Assembly: GCA_047495785.1 (NCBI GenBank)
Contig: JBLDXI010000055.1
Coordinates: forward strand, 620,001-684,000
DNA length: 64,000 bases
DNA from: Lepidodermella squamata
Taxonomy: Eukaryota; Animalia; Gastrotricha
Reading direction: 5' to 3'
Positions 1 through 10,395 of this stretch are shown piece after piece. The notes beneath the pieces were generated by a model. That model was given only the letters and a program-made list of their open reading frames with translations, did not search any database and was not told the origin of the DNA. Numbering within the stretch: the first letter of the stretch is position 1; each line of letters begins with the position of its first letter. The position numbers and the translations under genes were made by a program.

Positions 1-810
1 GTTGTCACAGTAGTCACTGAGTTAAGGCTGATCAATATTACAACGATATTCATGTGTCATTGTCATTGCTTTTTTGCCAATTTCAAGCCATTATAAAGAA
101 GCACCAATTGAAATTAGGTATCCTGCGTTTTTGAACTCACCAAAATGCAATGGGGGATCGTTGGGGCTTTTCGTAAAAATGGGAAACAAGTGGCTAAGTC
201 TAGTGAACTTCATACATTGCATCATTCACATTTTTAAGAGCAGAATTAGACAAGCTATGAACAGATAATCGACGAGGATCAGTGAAAATTGAACGTCATT
301 GCTGCAGCAAGCTTGCAACGACCGCAAAAAATCTACGAGGATCACCTTTTTCATGCGGTTAACCTTAAGTATAAAAATAGATTAGAGAATATCTAATATT
401 GCAGATATTAATTTTCTCAACGAAAATGATAATTTAATTTTTCTGAGTAACGATTGGCCTTAGCAACGTGTTGCTTCCTCTGCATTATCCGCTATGTACA
501 CCCCTCTTGAAAGCGCGAATGACAGGTTACGGTTCTAGGCGTTCTTTAGATGCGCCTTTTGATTTCGAACTTCTGAAAAGGATACGTCCGCAGAGCCACC
601 GCTCCAGCCGTGGATGGAATGCAGGTCGGAATGCTCTGAGTTATTGGAATTAACAACATCTAAATCGTTGCCTCAGCCTGAGCCAGTTGTAGGCGTTCAG
701 AGGAAGAGCTATACAGCCAGTACAGTTCCCCTGAATGCTCATGAGACTAGCTTATACGCTGCCCTTATGGCCAAGTCACCGAGTCGCTAGCAGAGCCGGC
801 TTAGTCAGTG

Positions 811-850
811 CCCTCTACCCTACCCTACCCTGCCTTACCCTGCCCTACCA
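811..850. repeat. Degenerate (CCCTA/CCCTG)n pentanucleotide microsatellite
   Basis: ccctctaccctaccctaccctgccttaccctgccctacc read directly. Confidence 0.7.
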
Positions 851-1451
851 GAGCCTGTTTTGGTTGAAGGAATCATGCCTTCTTGCCTGCCTTGTGCGGG
901 TATTCATGTGTGTTTAGAGGAGATGATCTAGACACGGATTTGCCCGCAACAGACGTTAAAGGGTGCAAACGTGGCTTGCCATATCACCAACTTGGCCCGG
1001 GATGACCATATAAGATCACCCTCTTTCCCTCACACAGAGTGCGGTTACGAAAATTTTCAGCGTGTGAAACCAAACATCATCATAATCACCAAAAGCCGCT
1101 CTCATAGCTGGAATAACTGCATTCTGGCGAGCAGCAAAATATTTATGCCTGCATGAACAATATTACTATCGCTGTTACTTACTTTCTCGACTGTGAACGA
1201 TCTCTCTCTCTGGAAAGCGTAAGTCAATGTTATGCGGTACAATCACTCAATTAAAGTTTATCAAGGTCATCGAAGCTGATTATTTAACTCGCCTGTATTC
1301 TTTCAGAAGTTTCTCCAAGTAAAGTTATTACTTATTACTGATGCTTTGGAACCTTGTTAACGTTTGACCCCCGATGGCTTCTATTACTATCACCTTATTA
1401 TTTAGATAGTACTACTTTTTGTTTTAAACAATTTACCGGAGACACTTCCTA

Positions 1452-1953
1452 ATGGAGCAACGCGAAAAAAATCAAATGGAAAAAGACTTGCAGCGTTCTA
1501 TGGAAAAAATTCAAGAATTTGAGCGTTACAGTGAGAAGAAAGACTTGAACAGAATGTTCGAGTGTCTCATGTCAACTTTAATACTCCACAAACCAGATGA
1601 TCCCGTAGATTTCCTCGCGGTACTTACTTCACATGTCTTTGTTACATATATTGTAGCGTTTGCTTTCTTTGGTAGAAAATGCTTACGGAACTGGAAGGTA
1701 GTGGGATTGAAAAATCAGCTCTAGGCTGGGAGTCTTTCATTTCAGAGCTTCACCCTAGACGTGATGCTACAAGGTTATAGAACTTTCACAATTTCGCTCG
1801 CGTTTTTCATTTTTTGTTCTCAGGCTGTCTCAAATTAAAGACCAGAATGACCCATTCTACCGCGAGCATACGAAACGCAAAGCCGAGCGGCCTTCTTCTA
1901 GCGAAACGCAGCAGCCAAGCACTCTATTTCAACTCACGGAGCTGCGAAAATGA
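1452..1953 (+). CDS. Small RIIa/Dpy-30-type dimerisation-docking (D/D) domain protein, copy 1 (exons 1452-1619, 1676-1773, 1824-1953)
   Basis: Motif YSEKKDLNRMFECLMSTLILHKPDDPVDFL matches the RIIa/Dpy-30 pattern (Y-L...F..L...L...KP.DP..F). GT-AG introns join in frame to ...GWESFISELHPRRDATRLSQIKDQNDPFY...STLFQLTELRK*. Confidence 0.8.
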
Positions 1954-2244
1954 AATGCTTTTTCGATTTGGTTTTGCTTCGATTGATATAAACTGCTTTT
2001 GGGTTACGCGCTTTTATATTATGCTTATATTCTGATCGCTTCCATTAGTTTTTAACAATAAATTCTAATATTTTTGCTTCTAGTGCTAAACCCTTTTGAC
2101 GGGACTTGTTAGCCATACTCGGGGTAATTAGCAGCAAGGTTATCATGGCTCAATTTTGTTGGAATTTGGTGTATATGACCTTTCCAGAGAAATTTACATG
2201 GATTGATTTACTCTAGACAGCGTTTTTACTTGATTTTGAAGAAA

Positions 2245-2703
2245 ATGGAGAATGACGAAAAGATTCAAGAGGCTCGACGATATCTTGAGACGAAAGATAT
2301 TGCTAAACTCTTCGAATGTCTCATGTCAACACTTATTATGCACAAACCAGATGACCCAGTTGATTTTATGATGGTAGTTTTTGTCATATCGAATTGGAGT
2401 TTACTGATGATATTTTAACAGAAAATGTTGACCGAACTTGAGGCGAGCGGCGGAGATACATCAGCCGTCGGATGGGAATCTTTCATAGCAGAGCTTCATC
2501 CCAGACGTGATGCAACAAGGTGAGCAGCTCTTTAAGCATAAATGATTGATTACTAACTAATTATTGATGACAGGCTATCTCAAGTGAAAGATCAAGGTGA
2601 CCCGTTCTATCGCGAGTATTCAAAGCGCGTTGCTGAGCGACCGCCTGCAAGCAATCCTCCTCAACCCAGCACCTTATTTCAGCTCACAGAGCTTCGAAAA
2701 TAA
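2245..2703 (+). CDS. Small RIIa/Dpy-30-type D/D domain protein, copy 2 (exons 2245-2373, 2422-2519, 2574-2703)
   Basis: YLETKDIAKLFECLMSTLIMHKPDDPVDFM. Same intron positions and phases as copy 1, and the same C-terminus QPSTLFQLTELRK*. Confidence 0.82.
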
Positions 2704-2902
2704 GTCGTTAACCGCCAAGTCTCACTTGAGTCATCATTTTACGATACTAAAGAAACCAGCTATACTCATGATAAAATTAGGATAAAACTTGTTTTCTTCC
2801 TCTAGAACCAATCAATCAATTGCAGTATAAATTATAATAAATCGATTTTTGTAGAACAAAGCTTTTTATTCCGATGGTCGTGACAAAAAGAGGGGTGAAT
2901 AA

Positions 2903-5759
2903 CTAAAACATGTATGCATCGCCGTCTTTGATATCTTCGAGAAATTCGCCAAAATTGAGTCCCTGCAACACAAGAAACTCAGAGAGTTAGATGATGACCT
3001 AATAGGAACATCATTTTACCTCGAGATCAATCTTGAACTGGCGTTTCGGGGAACATAGTGGAACGTCGCACGGTTCCCATTTTTTAAATGCGCTTTGCGT
3101 TAAACACCAAACTCCGTCGGCGTTGTCCTTTTCTGGATTTCTGAAATGAAAAAACCGTGAAATTCATAGTGGTACAATCATTAGAACATACCGGCAGTAA
3201 TTTGCCGCTGCTGTTACTGAATCATCCGGAAACAAGCTCGCCTCATTGTAGCCATGTTTATGTGGCACATTTGAGTCCCAACGTTGGCAAGGAATACCGG
3301 ACTTCGTGACATTGACTTTGCCTATGTACCCGCGGCCTGCCTTCGTAGTTCGGCATTTATCGGAGATGGGCTCCCGCGGAAGCGACTGAACTTGCTGATC
3401 GAGCTGTATTTGATTAAGAGACGCCAAAGAATTGGATGTTGGCGCACTTGAGTTGACGACCGGCAATCCAGTGGCTGACAATATAAGCAAAGCGAATTAA
3501 TTGAAAAAATCCTAAATATCTATGACTCACGACACATGGGTATTTCATTGCAAACGCCAGTTTTAGAATAACCCAAATCGGTATAGCACCAAGGTTTGCT
3601 TCGAGAATCCGGATTTCGGCACATCGATCCGGAAGCTTTCAGGGTGTCATCTGGGAAGCTCAAAGCACCCAAAGAACTCTGTCCAGCCCAAGCTGAACAC
3701 ATTCCGCTGTCCGAGACGGTTTGTGAGCCGATGTAGTCGTAACCAGTAGATGTGATCGAACATTCTTTATCATCAGACGAATTGATATTATCATGATTTT
3801 AGTAGGATTTCCATTATATTCATACCTTGATTTAGACTGGAAGCATTTGTACCAGCGCATGTCGCGTAAATGTTGAGCTTGAACCCAGACCGACCTCCTC
3901 CTCCCTGCTCGGCCGATGTGCTCGAGAAGATAACGAGAGCCTCGCCTTTGTCAGAGACTGCAACCCGACCTCCACTCTTGCCGCCAAGGCAAAATCTGCG
4001 GAAACAGTGAGTTGAAAATTGCATACACGCAAGACAAACACAAACCTATATCCAGGCGAAGAGACCTTGGCCATATCGGTTATAATTTCGACAAAATCGA
4101 TGCAGGTATCGGCTGTGTAAATTTTGATTTCTTAGAATACTTAGATGCTTCAGGTTCCACTTACAAATTTTAGCCGGCATGTTTGGTTGCTGCTCGAAAG
4201 CAAAAACAAGGCTTGTTTCGGTGTTGATTTTCCAGGAGCAAAATGACCCAGCGGCGTAGGTGTTCGGAAAATTCGGAGAGGTTATCGAGACAGTCGAGCA
4301 CTGCTGAATGACAAGCTCGCCGCCACAGTTTTGACTGCCAATTGAGGGCGCCACTGTTTGGCAGTAGTCTCCCCCTAAACCAGGCGGGCATCTGAGTGAA
4401 CGCGATAAGATATTAGCCTCAAAACTAATTGACTAAATCCTCGCTTTTACCTGCAAACAGCGCAATTTAGTGGATCTTGGTAGCCTCCATTTTGGCAAGC
4501 CTGAGGTAGCGTGATATTTGAACACATCCGCTCTGAATAAGACAAGACTTCGTAATTTTTGGCTTCAATAATTCTCGAAATTTACCAATGCAGTTGTAAT
4601 GAAAATTGATCCGCTTCACGTCGTTGAATGATAAGAATTCACGCTGACCAATCACAGTGAGGTGGCGGACATTTTTCGGCGTGATGACGCGTTTCTTGCC
4701 CATGTAATCAGTCGAGAAAGCCAGCGAATCTGGGCATAATTTTGATATAAAAAAGGATTTCCGCAAAAATATCAAGATCCACTCACCGTAATGCATTACA
4801 GAGGAATAATCGTAGCCAGTGCCGTAGTCGACGTCATCATCCTTGGATTCCAAGAGCGAATATTTAAAAGAAAAATAGTAAAAAACTCACCTTTGGAACT
4901 CTTGTGAAAGATGATTCCCCTAGCCCCGTTATCAGATTTCCATAGTTCACTGAGATGCTATGAATTTTGTTCGATAAGAAGCAGTATTATTGGCTCTCAA
5001 GGTAACTTACTATTCGTCGCGATCTGGGCGAGTATGCTCGTGCCACAAACCGAGGGCATGTCCGACTTCGTGGCTAGCAATACCGGGTGAAACACATCCC
5101 ATACCGAGGGTAACCGTTTGAGAGCTGAATGGCGACACCATGCCAACGAATGACCAGCAACCGAATCCCTTACTGAAAATCAGCCCTGCCTTTTTTCTCA
5201 GCTGTTTCACGGATGGATATTCGCGGAACGTGGCGCAGGTTGAGGCTTGCCAACGCTGAATTCCGCTTCGAATTATGGCTTTATCAGAATCAGCTGATTT
5301 CACAGAATGACCACAACTTATTACAATAAGGAAAAAGTTCAAATGACTTACAATGAGTTCCATCGAATGAGTAAGAAATAGGGAAGGACCATCTCGTCTC
5401 TTCTTTAGGATAGACACGTCTATCGAATCGCGGCTGCTCTTGACGAATTCCGAGTTCTGATTTAAGATTGTCGAGAATGCGTGTAGCCTGAGGAACTGTC
5501 CATCTGATGTCATTTTCGAGAAGTGACGTTTGTAACAGCTCGGCGCTCGGTTCCATAAATGCACGATTGATTCTGTGCTTGGCTCTGACCAGCGCTGTTA
5601 TTTCGTCTGTTATTTCGTTAACTTGAGCCTGCTCTTCATCGCTGATGGCAGAAACCTGGCGAAGAAATGCATTTAGTCCATAGTTTAGAAGCGCTGAAAT
5701 ATCCTTACTCCATGTGAGAGTACGGCAGAAAACGCGAATAAAAGCAATTTAATACTCAT
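2903..5759 (-). CDS. Astacin (M12A) metalloprotease A: signal peptide-prodomain-astacin-EGF-CUB-kringle-kringle, multi-exon
   Basis: Signal MSIKLLLFAFSAVLS; prodomain ENDIRWTVPQA; zinc motif HEVGHALGLWHEHTRPDRD; Met-turn YDYSSVMHY; CUB (CGGELV..ITSPNFPNTY..CSWKI); two kringles (CRNPDSRSKPWCY; GYIGKVNVTKSGIPCQRWD..NYCR); stop after GDAYMF. Confidence 0.9.
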
Positions 5760-6045
5760 GATGATGATTTTCCAACAATAAATGCTCAGGATTTATTGTT
5801 AGTTTGATATTTATAGCTGTTGCTGTTCTAGAAATTCGGATGATAATTAATTGGAGCGGTAATAGGTTCAAAAGAAATCGGCATCTTTGTTCGCTCAAAT
5901 GTGCGCCGAAATTTCCAACTGCGCGCAAATAGGGTGCGAGACCATTGTTTCACCTTTTACCTCAATTGCCAAAAGTGTTAACACAAGTTCACACGCGTTC
6001 TAGATTTATTCCAATCAATATTAAGTAAAATGCATGGAAAGTTAA

Positions 6046-7150
6046 TCATTCAGGCAGTTTGTTTTTATCGCCCTGCTTGTTGTAGTAAGGAAAAGGGTTC
6101 ATCATCGTGCGGTGCAGGCGAAAGTAGTTGCCGGAAACTCGATTGAGAACTGGCGGGGATGCTTTCGAACAAAGAGGGACATCACACAGGTCCCACCGGG
6201 TGAACGACTCGGCATTGGTGTAGCACCACACTCCTTTGTGAAATTTCGGATTCGGGTTTCTAAAAACAATTATTGGGAAAAAAATCAAGCCAGAACGATG
6301 CAGTAATACCGGCAATAATTGGCAGCGTCCCGTAACGTGGCATCAGGGAAAGAACTTGCGTTCGTAAACGGGTGGGCATGAGGGGTTTGTGAGTCCCAAC
6401 GTTGGCATGGAAAGCCTTTTACTGTTACACTCACTTTTCCGCGATAGTCATGCCCCGCTTGAGTCGACAAACAATCTTCAACTATACAAGAAAAATAGAG
6501 AAAAATCTGAGTCAAAGCCGGTATGTTATTTTTTATTAACTATTCTTAATCGAGCGGATTATTATTGTTATTAAGCGTTAAGTTTACGAAAAGTTACTTG
6601 AGCTATTTTCTTGGCAAGCTATTACAGCAAATTTCATTTTTCGAAAAATGTAGCTTTATCACCTCCGCTTGTGCTGGAAATGCCTGACGAGGCGTAGTAT
6701 GTGTAAGGCCTGCGCTTGGTGATGCGCGGACGGCTGCGTGATCGTGACCTTGAGCGGTATCGCCTCGGAAGATTCAAGTCCCATTCAGGATCGTTCATCA
6801 AATTGTACTCGGAACGCATGTTTTGATACATAGACAAAGCCTGTGGCACTGTGAGGCGAATCATTTCGCGCGGCGGACCGTCCGGCGGCGGCCCAGCTGG
6901 TACGGTTGATGGATCGACTGGAGGCAAGTTGTAGTGCTTTCGCATCATCGCCGATAGTTTATTCATTATGTAGGTCACGACTGGATCCTGTTCCCCGGGA
7001 GGACCTCCTGGCAGCGGCATCGGTTGACATTCTACGGTCTAAAAAATCACTTTCATTAAAAGACAGTATCTCAAGGAATAATTATTGATTGATTACCTCG
7101 AAAAAATTCAGCACCGAGATCGCTAAAATTGTTGCTATAAAAGGTCTCAT
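6046..7150 (-). CDS. Secreted protein: astacin-prodomain-like segment + Arg/Ser-rich linker + single kringle, no protease domain (exons 7150-7097, 7038-6663, 6481-6310, 6259-6046)
   Basis: Signal MRPFIATILAISVLNFFE. The phase-1 donor at 6662 joins the phase-1 acceptor at 6482 to give ..STSG-VEDCLSTQAGHDYRGKVSVT..CQRWDSQTPH..NYCR-NPNP..VWCYT..WDLCDVPLC (kringle). Confidence 0.75.
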
Positions 7151-7411
7151 TTTAGTTGCTATGAGCAGTTTTCGATATGGATAGTAAAATCGAGCGCACT
7201 ACTATACCCTTCGTCTAGGCGCGCTCCCAAGATTGCGCAATCGCGAATACTCATCTCACCCTGTCCTCACCCGCGCTGTTGATTCCGAAAAGATAGCGAC
7301 ACACAAAAGCTCACACTTCATTGTTGCGAGCGACATTTTATTAAAAGCTTTGAAATTACAGCGAATTGAATACATAAATGACGAGTAATATGGTCTGGGG
7401 TGGGCTGAATG

Positions 7412-10277
7412 TTAGGTAAGGCGTGAGCGCATTCGTTTGAACAAATCGCTCTCACGCTGGACTTTGATATTGGGCGATTTCGCCTCAATTTTTTCAGCGT
7501 CAAGGTAGCTTTTGATGATATCAGCGTCGATTTTACACCGCGGCACGTCGCAGATTTCCCATCGCATATTGGGATCCGTGGTGAAACACCATACACCCCG
7601 TCGAAAATTGGGGTCAGGATTCCTGAAAAATAATATTTGTATAAAACAATTTTGCCGCTTGAGCTGCAAACCTGCAATAGTTTTTCGCAAGTCGAACGGA
7701 TCCGTCAGGGAAAGCTGTATCGTTCTTGAAATAATTATGGATATGAGGATATCTGTCGGCCCAAGGTTGACACTGGCGGCCGTATCGCGTGGTTTGCAGG
7801 GTGCCGACGTATTCCGAACCGCGATCAGAAATACGGCAATCTGATTTAATAATGCTTTGAATTAACTGATTCAATTGCAAAATTTCTATGACTAACTTAG
7901 ATTCGGAATTTCAGGCTGCTGTTCAATCTTGTGCGTAGGAACGTCGGTCGATTCGGCTTGATCAAGGTCAAAGTTGAAATTGAAATTGTAATTTCGAGTC
8001 GTGGGCAGCGTAGTAGAGAGTAGTGGCTTCGGAGATTTTGAGACAGAGCTACTCTTCCAGTTGCTGGGTGGTAGGTTCTCTAAAACGCATATTCGTCCAG
8101 TAAATTTCAATGAATTGTAAAGAGTAGTTTTACCGCATTTAGGAATAGCCGCGCAATAATCGGGATTCGATGAGTCCAAATCGGTGTAACACCACGGCAA
8201 TGCGAGAGAATTGGGATTGCGGCAAAAATTTCCAGATTCGAGCAAGCTTTCATCAGGCAAACTGATTGGTGCTACATCGTCTTGATTCGCCCAAGGCAGG
8301 CAAATTTTCCCCGAATCGGCTACGCCATAAGACCCTTGATAGTCATAGCCACTCTTGCCGATTTTGCACTCTTTCAAACCAACAGCTGTGAGATAATCAA
8401 TTTTGGAAAATATAATTTTTTTTACCAAACGTGAATTCAGATGCCGATAAGTTTCCGCATGTTGCGAAAATGTTTAATTTAAAGCCATTGAAGCCTCCAT
8501 TTCCCAGCCTTGCGTTGAAATAAACGAAGGCGCTTCCTGCGTTAATCGAAGCAACTCGGCCCGCAGATTTTCCACATCCACAGAACCTGTTTCCAGGTTC
8601 ATCTATACGGCTGATATTGGAGCGAATTTCGACGTAGTCGATGCACGCCTCGAGTTTCGAGCACGGCAAATCTGGTTGTTGATCGAATCCAAAAATCAGA
8701 CCTCGAGCACTTGTCTGAAAATTAACTGTTAACACTTTGAAATGGTTTCACCGCGCCGAAATAAACCTCAACTAGCCATGAGCAGGTAGTACCAGCTGAG
8801 TATTTTCCAGGATACCCCGGGGAAGTGATGAAAGCAGATGAGCAAGGTGAAATTCTGACGATACCCCCGCAATTAGATGTAGAAGTTTTGGCCAGAATTT
8901 CGCAAAAATCGCCGGTAACTCCGAACGGACACCGGCATTTCGCGCAATTTTTTGGGTCTTGATACCCACCGTTCAGACAAGATCGTTTCAGAGGCCGTTT
9001 CGCGCAACTCCAGTTTAAGCAGTCGTAGAGTAAATTTACTCGTTTTATGTCGAGGAAAGATAACTCGCTGCGTTGACCGATGGTTGCTTGCAGGTATTGA
9101 TCAACTGTCTCAATCGCCCGTCTCTTGGATCTTGAAGATTTTAATGATTTTTAAGTCGGAAAACAGAGGTTAGGCTTACATTTCGTTCCCAGGTAGCTGT
9201 AAAAAAATTAAAAAATTAAACTTTTACGACACGTTTCAAAAAAATACTATTGAAGCGTAATGCATGATGGATGTTGGGTCGTATGGCGTATTCAAGGTTA
9301 CTGCCCATGGTTCCTTGTAAAATGCGTATTTGTCCCTAAAAATTGAAGCCTGAAAAATGAATCGAATTTGTCTTAGTCCACGTACAGTCCGACGTTAGCG
9401 AAATTGACGCGAATGCTGCAAAAATGTTCTTGATTTTGGATAGACTTTTTATTGGGAAAATGCTCACTAGCTGTCTCTGTCCGGACGGTTGTGTTCGTGG
9501 CTAAGTCCAAGGGCATGGCCAATTTCGTGGGAAGCTATTCCTGGCTGTTGATAATCACAGATAATTACGATACTTTCAAGTTTCAAGAGTCTCACCGTAA
9601 TGCAGTCACGACCTAGAACAACTTTTTGCGGTATTTCGCCTGTTGATCCAATATTGGTGAAACATCTATTACAAATGATTAGTTCCCTAAAAATTCGATT
9701 AGATAAAAATTGCTTACCCTGATCCTTTTACTATCAACAAATATGGCTGCATTCCGATTGATAAATCGTCAGGATATTCTATGAACTGGACACAGGTAGC
9801 AGCAGCCCACCACTCGATCCCTTGCCTTATGAGCGCCTTCTCGTCATCGGCTGAAAAAATCACTGCTTAAACGCAAAATTAATCGAGTCTTTGAATCTAC
9901 TATATTTCGTAGCTCCTGGTTCAGAACTTGTGAACGTGTAAATAATTGGTAGATTCCATTTATTAACCAAGGATGATTTATCGTCTCGCTTCACCGAAGG
10001 TTCGCCATTCAACTCCGCTTTGATCGAGGAAAGAAGCCACTCTGCTTGAGGTAAAGTAAAATTCACGTCGTTTATCGTTTCTGCGGAAATCTGTTGGAGG
10101 AAAACAGTTGGAACTTCTGTATTGGTTTTAGACTTGAAATTATACCCCGGTTTCCCCGACACGATAATGCTGAACCAATAGATCATTGATCTGGTTTAAA
10201 ATACGCTCCACGTCGAGTGTTGAAGCAAAGTTGTAGCAAACGAAAATAGAAAAAAACAACAAAAGTTTGGCAAGCAT
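7412..10277 (-). CDS. Astacin metalloprotease B: signal-prodomain-astacin-EGF-CUB-kringle-S/T linker-kringle, multi-exon
   Basis: Signal [19 protein letters not shown]; prodomain [14 protein letters not shown]; [19 protein letters not shown] (about 9470-9540); YDPTSIMHY; [15 protein letters not shown]; CUB; kringles [13 protein letters not shown] and [21 protein letters not shown]. Confidence 0.9.
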
Positions 10278-10395
10278 TTTCTTCAAGACTGGTTTATTGA
10301 ATTCTTATCACAAGCAATAGAAGACGGCATGCATGAAAGGTGTGTGTGATAATGAGGTCACCGCACACTCGAGTCAAATTACGAGCAATATTCAA

